From Bdellovibrionales bacterium (GTDB taxonomy: Bacteria > Bdellovibrionota > Bdellovibrionia > Bdellovibrionales > JAUICD01), in contig OZ253553.1 in NCBI GenBank assembly GCA_965262715.1, positions 2,656,001 to 2,720,000 of the forward strand: a stretch of DNA of 64,000 bases, written 5' to 3'. The first letter of the stretch is position 1; the number at the start of each line of letters is the position of its first letter. A program made the translations under genes and the position numbers. Positions 31,283-41,279 of this stretch are shown piece after piece. The notes beneath the pieces are model-generated. The model saw only the letters and a list, made by a program, of their open reading frames with translations. It did no database searches and was not told the origin of the DNA.

Positions 31283-32365
31283 ATGTTGAAGGTATTAGCA
31301 GGGATTATTTTTTTATTAGTAGGATCGCATTTAGAAGCTCAAGGAGTTACACCTCCTAATGAAAATGGTATAAATTCAACAGATCCATCTTGTATCCTTG
31401 CTCTTCAATGAAATAAATACTTTGCTGAGACTGAAGATCAACTGGAGGGATATGATAAATCCTACATTGCTGGTCTTGATCACGCCATGGAAAACTTGAG
31501 ATTAGTTCAATCTTTAAGAGAGAGGCTGCGTAATGATAAATCTATTGATGCTCATACTTTACATATTCCAGAATTTGCAGATTTAATTGATACACATATA
31601 ACTTTTATTGAGGACGGTATTAAATCTCAAAGATATGGTGACGAATCTGACAGGTTAGAGTTATTAGAAAGGCTTAAATCTGAAGGACAACAACAAAAAA
31701 CTTCAAGGACAGTGACTTATCGTTGGTGGTTTAATTTTAATTTACGTCTTTCTTTTTTTGCCACTCCTTATTCTATAGAATTTATAACAAATGATGAGTT
31801 AGAAGATATTTATAAAAACCCAGTATATTTCTCTCCTTATAAAGTCGAGATGATTGAAAAAATAAGATTTTTGTTGGATAAATTTCCAGAAAGGATCATG
31901 ATTCCTACAATACATAATTTGGGCATTATGTCTATAAATAAAGTCTATGGAACAGGAATACATCTTATTGGGTTAAGGAATAGACCTACTATAAATATGG
32001 ATAGAATAAAAGATGCATCTCCTGGCTTGTTTTTTTGGCATGATATATTTCATATATTAAAGGAGGATGTTAATGATTCACCAGAATTTCTTTCTCGGTT
32101 TCAGCAAAAGTTAGTAGGTCTTCCAAGATATCAAAGGAAGTTAGTTGAGAGTATTTACCTTCAATTGACTTATGAATTAAGGCTCTCTCTTAAGGAAGGC
32201 GAAGAAACATTTATTATAAAAGGCAGGCGATTTCCAATAATAAGGCCACCATCAAACTTTTTATTGAGGTTGGTTTTATTGGTAAAGGATGCCTATGGAC
32301 TTGAACAATTCTGGAGGCTCATTTCAGAGGTCAGTCAAGAACTTGCGTTATCTGATAACAAATAA
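31283..32365 (+). pseudogene. Secreted paralog family member 2 with an in-frame TGA
   Basis: MLKVLAGIIFLLVGSHLEAQ...CILALQ*NKYF...IAGLDHAMENL; TGA at 31409 is in frame with ORF 31487-32365. Confidence 0.75.
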
Positions 32366-32458
32366 ACTCTTTTAAGTAAGAGAGGTAAAGACAAGCTTAA
32401 AATAAATTAAATCACACACAATTAAATCTGTTAAGCTATCATTATGAGAGATCATATT

Positions 32459-32610
32459 TTACAAAAAAATACATCTAATATTGTATTAAACTACAAATAT
32501 TTACTATAATATTTGTAGAAAACTACATTTTTTATCAAGATGAGTCGTTTTTTACAAAAAAAATATAAAATATTGTATTTAACTACAAATATTTAGTATA
32601 ATATTTGTAG
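32459..32610. promoter_or_regulatory. Duplicated palindromic operator array upstream of a Fic gene
   Basis: CTACAAATATT-N6-AATATTTGTAG at 32491-32518 and 32583-32610, each preceded by a degenerate TACAA...TTGTA copy. Confidence 0.65.
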
Positions 32611-32658
32611 AAAATAATGGTTTATTGATAACATATTAAATAAAGAGGTTAAGCTAAA

Positions 32659-33894
32659 ATGTCTAAGGATGACTTTCATTTTTTAAACAGTCAGGTCTGG
32701 TTAAAGTACACTCAAGAAAGATATTTGCCTCTGGATGAGATCAAATATCGTTTGGAAGGTCTTGGTATTCAAAAAGATAGTTGGCATGAAATCAGACAGC
32801 AAGTTCTAAGCTTTAGAAAAGTGGGAGCTGTTATTTTTAATTTGGATAGTATAGGTAAAACATTTTGGTATTATCCTGCGGATTGTATTTACAAGAAACT
32901 TTATCAAATTGAAAAGCTTGGTATTTCTCTATTCTATCAAATAGAAAATTATAGTGCTTTTAAAAATGAGTTTATAAATTATTCATTAACGGAAGAATCT
33001 GTGACCTCTTCTATTTATGAGGGAGCTAATAGCACAAGGGCAAAAGCCAAGGAGCTTATTGCCATAGGTCATCGGGCAAAAAATAAAGATGAGCAGATGT
33101 TAATTAATAATTATAAAGCTATGCAATGGGTTAAAAAAAATTTCAGTCTTCCAATATCAAATAGTCTTATTTTAAGGATACATAAAATTATAACAGATAA
33201 AACTTTAGAGAAAAACTGTGGTCAATTCCGTGATGATGTTGTTTATGTAGGAAAACATGAAGGGGTATTATATAGTAAAATAACAAAAACTTTAGAAGAG
33301 ATCACTTATTTAATAACGAATCATCCAAGATTTCTAAATGGTTTAGATAAATTAATGCAGAGCATATTTTTTCATTATTTTATTGCTTATGTTCATCCAT
33401 TTTTTGACGGTAATGGCAGGACTGCAAGAACTTTGTTTTACTTAAGTGCAATGAAAAACAATCTTAAATTTGTGGAGTTGCTTTCTATTTCTGCAAATTT
33501 AAAGCATGGTTCGAAATATGAACGGTCCTTTGACTTAGTAAAGAAATATGAATTTGATTTAACATATTTCATTGATTTTTGTTTGGATTCATTGATTTTC
33601 GCACTTAATCATACACATCAGCGTGTAAATTATCTTAAAAATATTTCAAGGCTTATTGATATTATAAGAGTTAACAATCATCAAATATTTTTATTACAAA
33701 AAATGACTTTAAACAAATACAAACCGATCACTATTGAGGAATATGCAGAAAGTATAAATAAGTCAAGAGAGCTTGCCAGAAAGGATTTGAAAGATTTAGT
33801 AAAAAAGAAATTGTTAAGTGAATGTAAAAAAGGCAAAAAGTATGTTTATTATATTGAAAACAAAGTATTAAGTCAGAAGCTAAAAATGCTCTAA
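32659..33894 (+). CDS. Fic-family protein with C-terminal HTH
   Basis: HPFFDGNGRTAR motif; SSIYEGA helix. Confidence 0.92.
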   Translation: MSKDDFHFLNSQVWLKYTQERYLPLDEIKYRLEGLGIQKDSWHEIRQQVLSFRKVGAVIFNLDSIGKTFWYYPADCIYKKLYQIEKLGISLFYQIENYSAFKNEFINYSLTEESVTSSIYEGANSTRAKAKELIAIGHRAKNKDEQMLINNYKAMQWVKKNFSLPISNSLILRIHKIITDKTLEKNCGQFRDDVVYVGKHEGVLYSKITKTLEEITYLITNHPRFLNGLDKLMQSIFFHYFIAYVHPFFDGNGRTARTLFYLSAMKNNLKFVELLSISANLKHGSKYERSFDLVKKYEFDLTYFIDFCLDSLIFALNHTHQRVNYLKNISRLIDIIRVNNHQIFLLQKMTLNKYKPITIEEYAESINKSRELARKDLKDLVKKKLLSECKKGKKYVYYIENKVLSQKLKML

Positions 33895-34240
33895 GATTTC
33901 TTATTAATCATCCATGTAAAAGTTATATAATCTCAATATCTATAGGATTTGAGTTGGTAACTTCATCAAATATTTTTTATTCATTAACTTGTATTCCAAT
34001 GCTAAGAGCAATTTATGCGAGTAGGCACTTCTCACAGGTGAGCCAAGAACTTGCCTTATCTGATAATAAATAAGCTTTTTTAAAAAATAAAAAAGTAAGC
34101 TGATTACATTTTTTGTAATCTTTTATTTTCATGCATGTAAAATTTACATAGTCTCAATATTTTATTGTATTTAATTATTCATACTGAACAGTAATTGTTT
34201 TAAGTGAATAATATCTGTCTATTCAGCGCACTGAAATATA

Positions 34241-34389
34241 CGATTTCCTTAACATGATGTTAAACAATGAGGGGAGTCTCCTTAGTAAAATGCCTCATAC
34301 TTTCTAGGCATTGCCTTATTTGCCAAACGACGTGAGCCAGTTTGGAGGCAATGCCAGAAAGTCGCCAGAGGCGAGATGCATTTTAGTGA
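34241..34389 (+). repeat. Dispersed structured repeat, full unit
   Basis: CGATTTCCTTAACATGATGTTAA...CTTTCT-A-GGCATTGCC/GGCAATGCC-AGAAAG; apical stem CCAAAC/GTTTGG; ends GCATTTTAGTG. Confidence 0.85.
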
Positions 34390-34456
34390 ATTAGTCATTG
34401 ACTTATATTTAAAATTATCATATATAAATATCTTCATGAATAATATGGGAAACATT

Positions 34457-35860
34457 ATGTCTAGAGGTTATTTATTATTATTTTGTGCTTTTATATCCAA
34501 GACTGCAATTGTACATGGAGCATCTGATAACCTTGCAATACCGGAAATGACTGAACTCTCGAAGAGCGATTTAGAAGGAATGACAGCGGCAGGTTTATTT
34601 TGTGTTGATGCTCTTATGAATACAAAGAAAGTTAGATCAAATGAGTACTCAAATGAAACAGAGCAGAGCTTAAAAGATCGGGGGTACAATGAGAGGCTTA
34701 TTGAAGGGCTTGATCACGTGAATGCAAATTTAAGACTGGCTCAGTCTTTAAGAGATAGGTGGCGTGATGAATCCATTGACCTCAATACTTTACATATACC
34801 GGCATTTGCTGATCAAATTGATCTACATGTAAAGTTTATTGAAGGAATTATTAGATCTCAAAGCTCTAATGATAAAGTTGAGAGGTTAGAGTTATTAGAA
34901 GAACTTAAAGCTGAGGCACAGCATCGTAAAAGTTCAGAGAGTGTGACTTATCGATATTTCTTTAGTCTTAACTTACGTCTTTCTATTCTTGCAACTCCTG
35001 CAGGGGAAAGATATAAGAAGGCGGCTTATGAGCCTAGGTTTGATAATTCCGAACATTTTCAAAAATGGATGAGAGATACTAGTGGATTTCGAAAATGGAT
35101 AATCGATGATAGTGAATTAGAATCTGATTATGCGATAATTCAAGGAATAAATAATAGATATGTAGATTTTAATAGTCAAGATCAGGGTGAAGTTCTTGAT
35201 GCTATTCGTAAAGGAGTTGCACGTTTAACACCTTATGAACGTAGTAAAGTTGAAAGATTTTTATATTTGATAAACGTAATGTTTGACGACACTGAGTATG
35301 AGGCTTTTAAATTTGTAAATTTATTACATGATTTTCCAAGAAGGATTATGATACCGACAATATATGATTTAGGTATTATGTCTATAAATAGGACTTATGG
35401 AACAGGTGTGCATCTTATTGGCTTAAGTAAGAAATCATATGGAAGTTACTTTAGTGGAGATTTCAATTATGTATTTTTTCTTAGGAATATAAATGAGAGT
35501 ATAATGATGGATATAGATAATTCACAGATGGTTACACATTTTCAAAGTATGTTAGCAGGTCTTACACCACTCCAAAGGGAAAATGTTGAGATCGCTTATT
35601 TTGGTGCAACCTATCTATCTGAAAGATCGTTAGAAGATTTTCCTATAGACTTTTCACTTGTTGAGTATGAGATTTTAAAAATGTATGGACATAAAGTAAA
35701 TGAGCAGATGCTTGATGAAGGCGAACGTATTTTTATTTATCTTCTTATAAGCTCATGGATAAAAGAAAGAGGTATGGTCAAAACGATTGTATTAGTAAAT
35801 GAGTATCTTGATGAACATCCAGAATTAAAGGAGGAGATTTTAGAGATATTAAATGAATAA
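34457..35860 (+). CDS. Secreted hypothetical protein, paralog family member 3
   Basis: Signal peptide MSRGYLLLFC; GLDH, HIPAFA, VTYRYFFSLNLRLS and FPRRIMIPTIYDLGIMSIN blocks. Confidence 0.8.
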   Translation: MSRGYLLLFCAFISKTAIVHGASDNLAIPEMTELSKSDLEGMTAAGLFCVDALMNTKKVRSNEYSNETEQSLKDRGYNERLIEGLDHVNANLRLAQSLRDRWRDESIDLNTLHIPAFADQIDLHVKFIEGIIRSQSSNDKVERLELLEELKAEAQHRKSSESVTYRYFFSLNLRLSILATPAGERYKKAAYEPRFDNSEHFQKWMRDTSGFRKWIIDDSELESDYAIIQGINNRYVDFNSQDQGEVLDAIRKGVARLTPYERSKVERFLYLINVMFDDTEYEAFKFVNLLHDFPRRIMIPTIYDLGIMSINRTYGTGVHLIGLSKKSYGSYFSGDFNYVFFLRNINESIMMDIDNSQMVTHFQSMLAGLTPLQRENVEIAYFGATYLSERSLEDFPIDFSLVEYEILKMYGHKVNEQMLDEGERIFIYLLISSWIKERGMVKTIVLVNEYLDEHPELKEEILEILNE

Positions 35861-36058
35861 TCCAATATCCAATAATTGATAAAGGTGAGAGGAATTAGAT
35901 AAGAGATTATTTGCTGGTCAAGTTTTTTTGGAAATGAATACTATACAATAATTTTTTCAAATGAAGTGTCGACTTTATTTATAGACATCTTGTTGAACTT
36001 ATTGACTTATAGCAGCTATCATATTTAGATGCTCTCATAAGTAATGAGGAAAAATATT

Positions 36059-36319
36059 ATGTTTAAAGCTTATTTATTATTATTTTGTGGGCTTTTAATA
36101 AGTGCAAAAGTTGTAGCGACTGAACATGAAATTAAAATGGATAACTTAAATCTTTGTGCAACAAAGCCTATAAGAGTTAAAAAAATTGAAAGATATAATC
36201 ATATTATCAAATTGCTTGAAGAGGCTGGTGCAATACATGAGGAAGAAGTTGATGCAGTACATGAAGCAACAGATACTAATACAGTATTCGGCTATTTTAG
36301 GAGCCTGTTTCGACCATAA
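36059..36319 (+). CDS. Short secreted protein, probably a truncated fourth paralog
   Basis: Signal peptide MFKAYLLLFCG and upstream region resemble those of 29270 and 34457. Confidence 0.55.
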   Translation: MFKAYLLLFCGLLISAKVVATEHEIKMDNLNLCATKPIRVKKIERYNHIIKLLEEAGAIHEEEVDAVHEATDTNTVFGYFRSLFRP

Positions 36320-36383
36320 AATTTCCTCTTAATTTTTAAAAACAAAATACTTTCAATAGATCAAAAAAGCTAATGCTGTTCAA

Positions 36384-37538
36384 ATGAATTTAAAGAATCT
36401 AGATTTTGAAACAAGAGCTATTTATGCTGACCAACTTCCAGATGAACTCACTGGAGCTGTGATTACTCCTATAACACTTTCTACCACATTTGTTCAAGAC
36501 TCTCCTGGGGAGCATAGAGGTTATGAATACTCACGTAGCGGTAATCCTACACGTATGATCTATGAAAGGCATTTAGCTAATTTAGAGTCAGGAAGCTATG
36601 GTTTTGCCTTTTCATCAGGATCTGCTGCTCTTACAACTCTACTCCATCTTTTTAAAACAGGTGATCATATTATCTCTATGAATAATATTTATAGTGGCTC
36701 AGTTTGTTTAATCAATCAATTTATAAAAAGTCAGGGGATTAAGGTTGACTTTGTAGATCTATCAGATATTCATCAATTTGAAGATGCTATTTGTGAAAAC
36801 ACAAAATGTGTTTGGGTAGAGACTCCGACAAACCCTACATTAAAGCTTATTGATATAGGAAAAATATCTCAAATAGCTAGAAAGAAAAATATCTTAGTAG
36901 CTGTTGATAACACTTTTATGAGCCCTTTTTTTCAAAGGCCACTTTTATTAGGTGCAGATGTCAGTTGTCATTCAACGACTAAATATATTGGTGGCCATAG
37001 TGATGTAGTTGGTGGTTTTATGGCTGTGAAAAATAAGGAATTGGCTGAAAAATTGTACTTTTTACAAAACTCTCTTGGAGCTATTGCATCGCCTTTTGAT
37101 AGCTTTATGTGTTTACGATCTCTTAAAACTCTAGGTATTCGAATGAAAGCGCATGCTTTCAATGCACAGAAGATAGCTCATTTTTTAGAAGATCATGCTA
37201 AGATAGAGAAAGTTATTTATCCTGGATTAAAAAGTCATCCACAACACAGTTTAGCTCAAAAACAGATGTATGGTTTTGGAGGAATGTTGAGTTTTTACCT
37301 TAAAGGAGGACTTAAAGAAGTTAGAACTTTTTTAAGAAAATTACAAATATTTAACTTAGCAGTGAGTTTAGGAGGCACAGAATCTTTGATAGCGCATCCT
37401 GCAATTATGACACATGAGTACCTCTCAGAAAAAAAGCGTCAGAACTTTGAGATCACTGATAATTTTATTCGAGTGAGCGTTGGTATTGAAAACTTCCAAG
37501 ATCTTATTAACGATTTAGATCAAGCTCTCACCTTTTAA
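36384..37538 (+). CDS. Cystathionine gamma-synthase/gamma-lyase (PLP-dependent)
   Basis: YEYSRSGNPT, ETPTNP, DNTFMSP and HSTTKYIGGHSD motifs. Confidence 0.93.
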   Translation: MNLKNLDFETRAIYADQLPDELTGAVITPITLSTTFVQDSPGEHRGYEYSRSGNPTRMIYERHLANLESGSYGFAFSSGSAALTTLLHLFKTGDHIISMNNIYSGSVCLINQFIKSQGIKVDFVDLSDIHQFEDAICENTKCVWVETPTNPTLKLIDIGKISQIARKKNILVAVDNTFMSPFFQRPLLLGADVSCHSTTKYIGGHSDVVGGFMAVKNKELAEKLYFLQNSLGAIASPFDSFMCLRSLKTLGIRMKAHAFNAQKIAHFLEDHAKIEKVIYPGLKSHPQHSLAQKQMYGFGGMLSFYLKGGLKEVRTFLRKLQIFNLAVSLGGTESLIAHPAIMTHEYLSEKKRQNFEITDNFIRVSVGIENFQDLINDLDQALTF

Positions 37539-38233
37539 CATGATGTAAAAAAGCAAAGAATATCTCCCTACTCAAAATGAACAAATTTTCTAGGCAATTA
37601 CCATTTTACTGATGGTGTGAACCATCAGGCTGACTATGGTACATAACAACGATTTCCTTAACATAGTGTTAAGGAATGAGGAAGTCCTCCTTAGTAAAAA
37701 TGCCTCAAGCTTTCTAGGTAGTAAGCTTTTTACGACGACGAGAGTCGTCGAGCTTACTGCCAGAAAGTTGCTAGAAGCAAGAGATATTTTGAGTGAAAGA
37801 TCGAAATTAATAAGCTTTCTTAAACGTTGAGATATATATGACAATATTTATATGTACGATAATAGAAGCAAAAAGTCATTTTCTTACTATAAAGCTAAAC
37901 CTTAACCTACTGCGAAGATTTGAGTACTTGTTAGAAAATTGGTTCCTTAACATGATGTAAAAAGCAAAGACTATCTTCTTACTCAAAAGGAACAAACTTT
38001 CTAGGCAATGACCATTTTACTGATGGTGTGAACCATCAGGCTGACTATGGTAAATAACAACGATTTCCTTAACATAGTGTTAAGGAATGAGGAAGTCCTC
38101 CTTAGTAAAAATGCCTCAAGCTTTCTAGGTAGTAAGCTTTTTACGACGACGAGAGTCGTCGAGCTTACTGCCAGAAAGTTGCTAGAAGCAAGAGGCATTT
38201 TGAGTGAAAGATCGAAATTGATAAGCCTTCTTA
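37533..38233 (+). repeat. Direct duplication (~290 bp, period ~411 bp); each copy holds a partial and a full structured repeat unit
   Basis: 37535-37822 and 37947-38233 are near-identical; apical hairpins CTGATGGT-GTGA-ACCATCAG and CGACGAC-GAGA-GTCGTCG. Confidence 0.92.
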
Positions 38234-38520
38234 GACCTAAAGAGGTTATAGATCTACTTATAAATCAAGAGAATGCTGACATTTTAGGAAGATACATGCT
38301 TCAAGGTACAAATTACTCAAAAGAGGAATTTATAGAGATTGAAAATGAGATTATTAGAAGTAAGGAGGACCAAGTAATGAAAAGCACTTATGATCGATTG
38401 ATTGATGAAGGAATAGAAAAGGGAATGGAAAAGGTGGCTTTGCGGATGTTAGAGCAAAATATGGAACTGAAATTTATTGCCAAAATAACAAATCTTTCAA
38501 TCCAACAACTTAAAAAATAG
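38210..38520 (+). pseudogene. 3' remnant of an Rpn-family (recombination-promoting nuclease/putative transposase) gene; retains a 47-aa C-terminal ORF at 38377-38520
   Basis: MKSTYDRLIDEGIEKGMEKVALRMLEQNMELKFIAKITNLSIQQLKK is a typical Rpn C-terminus; SD TAAGGAGG at 38361-38368. Confidence 0.7.
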
Positions 38521-38804
38521 ATTCTAAAAAAAGAAAGCTGGGAGCATAGCGGGTTTTTGTTTTGCATTCAGACATGTAAAGGTTATATCTTACTTTAAGC
38601 ATTTCTTAGTATATTCAATATTGATTCAAATTGATACAAGATAAAAATAAAAAAGATTTTTTATTTTGATTTTCAAAAAATACATGTACAATAAAGAACA
38701 TCAAGTCTTGATTTTTTATCATAAGAATTTTCCATTAAAAACTAGTCAAAATGTTTTAAATCCAAAAAAAACTAAAGTACAGTCAACAAAAAGGAATTTA
38801 TTTT

Positions 38805-39348
38805 ATGAGCAGTAATAGTATCTTTGATCAATTCACCCATCAATACCCTGTGACCAAAACTCTAAGGTTTGCCCTCAAGCCCATTGGTAAAACAGAAGAG
38901 AACATAAAGAAAAAAGGGTTACTTAAAAAAGATGAAGATTTATCTAAAAAGTATAAACAGGCCAAAAAAATTATTGATGAATATCATAAGAATTATATAA
39001 ATGAAAAACTTAAAAGCTTTTCTTTTAAAATAGAAGACCTACAAGAATTTTCTGACATATATCATAACCTTAAAGAAAATAAAAATGATGATAAACTGCA
39101 AGAAAATTTTAAAACACAACAAAGCAAATTACGTAAAATTTTAGCAGATCAATTTAAAAATAAAAGATAGTTCTATGCCTCAGAATGCAGATGCCAATGG
39201 AGCTTATCACATTGCTTTAAAGGGTCAGTTGATACTTAAACAATTCTCAGAAAATAAAGATACGAAAAGCTTTAAACTAAATTTAAGTAATAAAGCATGG
39301 TATGAGTTTATCCAAAATAAAAAAAATATATCCCGTTGTAAATACTAA
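38805..39348 (+). pseudogene. cas12a: Internally deleted cas12a (Cpf1): N-terminal ~120 aa abutting the C-terminal ~57 aa
   Basis: FTHQYPVTKTLRFALKPIGKT...KKIIDEYHK (Cas12a N-terminus), then at 39175 MPQNADANGAYHIALKG...SNKAWYEFIQ (RuvC-III/C-terminus), offset by one base. Confidence 0.9.
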
Positions 39349-39594
39349 TACTATAGAAAATCGAGATATCAAAACAAAAAGCTCAGACAAAACTCAAGTT
39401 GCATGAAATATAAGCTTTGAATTTTAAAATGATATAACTTTTAAAAAGTATGTATATAACCAAACATATTGTACTTGCTATTTGAATTTACGAAACATGA
39501 AGATAAAGGTTTGGATATCAAAAATTTTGGATAAATCTGTTGATTCTTTAGTTAAAAATTGACATAAAAAAAGACTCTCAGTAAACAAGAAGTT

Positions 39595-39928
39595 ATGAAA
39601 AACGATGAAGTGCTAATTGAGCGTATTCGATCCATTCTTTCAAGGCGGAAGGGATTGTTCTCTGAAAAAAGAATGTTTGGTAGTGTTTGTTTTATGCTCA
39701 ATGGCAATATATGTGTTGGCACTTGGAGGAAAGGATCGCTAGAAACACGATGAGATACTTGCAGAACCACACACCAAGCCTGCTAACATGAGTGGTCGAA
39801 TAGTGAAAGGATGGGTGCTTGTAGATCCAGAGGGTATCGAAGATATGACAGTATGGATCAACAGGGCTATCAAATTCACTAACAGCCTTCCTTCTAAATG
39901 GTCCACTTCAGAACCGTTAAACAAATAA
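39595..39928 (+). pseudogene. TfoX N-terminal-family gene, frameshifted
   Basis: EKRMFGSVCFMLNGNICVG, then in another frame EPHTKPANMSGRIVKGWVLVDPEG...WINRAIKFTNSLPSK; break near 39740-39750. Confidence 0.75.
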
Positions 39929-40062
39929 CCACAATTAAGAAAGATGACTACAAAACATAAGTTTTTCCTAGAGCAAAGACTTTTTTCAATACATTTGATA
40001 AAATTTGTATACACCATAATGAGGTATAAAAAAGCTGTTTATTCCTCAAAAATAGGCTATAA

Positions 40063-41256
40063 TTGAGTTATAACTTAGAAAAAAGAGATATCTTAGATAA
40101 GGAAATAGACTCAATGATGCCTTTAAAAAAGAAGATATGGAATTGGCAGAAAGATGAGTGGCCAAACTTTATTTACCAATCCAAAGACTTAGAAGATTTA
40201 GAGCAAACATTCTTACACAATTCAGGTGTGCTTTTTGGCATCTTTAAACATTTAAATGATCAAGATCAATTAAAGGTAGAAATCATTAGCCAAGAAGCTT
40301 TAGAAACATCTGAGATTGAAGGGGAATACCTTGATCGAGAAAGCCTGCAATCTTCTATAGCTCGTCATTTTGGATTAAAAATAACTCAAAAGAAAGTTTC
40401 CTCTCCAGAACGTGGAATCTCTGATCTCTTAATAGATCTTTACAAAAGTTATGATAAAGAATTAAGGCATGAAACCTTATGCCGTTGGCATTACAAGTTA
40501 ATGGGTCATCGTAATGATTTAAGAAATATTGGCTGCTATCGGACTGGGAAAGAGGCAATGCAAGTGATCTCTGGTCCTATACATGCTCCTTATGTTCATT
40601 TTGAAGCACCACCTTTTAAAAGAGTCAAAAAAGAAATGGACAGTTTTATCAACTGGTTCAATATAACAGCTCCAAAAGGCAAATCATCTTTATCTACACT
40701 TGCTCGCTGTGGAATAGCTCATCTTTATTTTGAATGTATTCATCCTTTTGAAGATGGCAATGGGCGAATTGGTCGAGCTTTATCTGAAAAAGTCTTAGCA
40801 CAGAGTTTAGGCAAACCAACTTTAATTGCATTAGCAACTATCCTAAATCAAGATAAAAAAGCTTATTACAAGGCCTTAGAGCAAGCTAGTCAAAAAAATG
40901 AAATCACTGATTGGCTTTGTTATTTTGCAAAAAAGATATTACAAGCACTTTGTTACACACAGTCCCTTATGGAGTTTCTCATTGCAAAAGCAAAGCTATT
41001 TGAACATTTGCAGAGTTGCCTCAATCCAAGACAGGAAAAATGTTTATTGAAAATGTTTCAAGCAGGGCCAAATGGATTTACTGGAGGTTTGAGTGCAGAA
41101 AATTATATCAGAATAACTAAAGCCACACGTGCCACAGCAACCCGCGACTTAAATGATCTTGTTGTCAAAGGTGCTCTCAATAAAACAGGAGAACGTAAAT
41201 CAACACGTTATACCCTTAATATAAAAGCAACTGGGCCTACAAAGTCCACAAGCTAA
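40063..41256 (+). CDS. Fic-family protein (DUF4172 N-terminus, C-terminal HTH)
   Basis: WNWQKDEWPNF, TSEIEGE, HPFEDGNGRIGR and ATATRDL motifs; true start probably near 40114. Confidence 0.92.
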   Translation: MSYNLEKRDILDKEIDSMMPLKKKIWNWQKDEWPNFIYQSKDLEDLEQTFLHNSGVLFGIFKHLNDQDQLKVEIISQEALETSEIEGEYLDRESLQSSIARHFGLKITQKKVSSPERGISDLLIDLYKSYDKELRHETLCRWHYKLMGHRNDLRNIGCYRTGKEAMQVISGPIHAPYVHFEAPPFKRVKKEMDSFINWFNITAPKGKSSLSTLARCGIAHLYFECIHPFEDGNGRIGRALSEKVLAQSLGKPTLIALATILNQDKKAYYKALEQASQKNEITDWLCYFAKKILQALCYTQSLMEFLIAKAKLFEHLQSCLNPRQEKCLLKMFQAGPNGFTGGLSAENYIRITKATRATATRDLNDLVVKGALNKTGERKSTRYTLNIKATGPTKSTS

Positions 41257-41279
41257 TCATTAAAAGATAAATACCTTCT

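Noticed and set aside
31409..31411. TGA recoding (Sec/Trp/Gly) in the paralog
   Set aside because: TGA serves as a normal stop in several genes here (e.g. 3317, 17270, 54396); a nonsense mutation is simpler
34376..34456. N-terminal extension of ORF 34376
   Set aside because: That ATG lies inside the repeat and upstream of the shared promoter; ATG 34457 fits the paralogs
37590..38198. ORFs 37590-37844, 37636-37830, 38001-38198 and the first ~55 codons of 38047
   Set aside because: They are translations of the structured repeat, not protein-like genes
38520..40060. CRISPR array near the cas12a remnant
   Set aside because: No repeat-spacer periodicity and no AATTTCTAC...GTAGAT repeat found by eye
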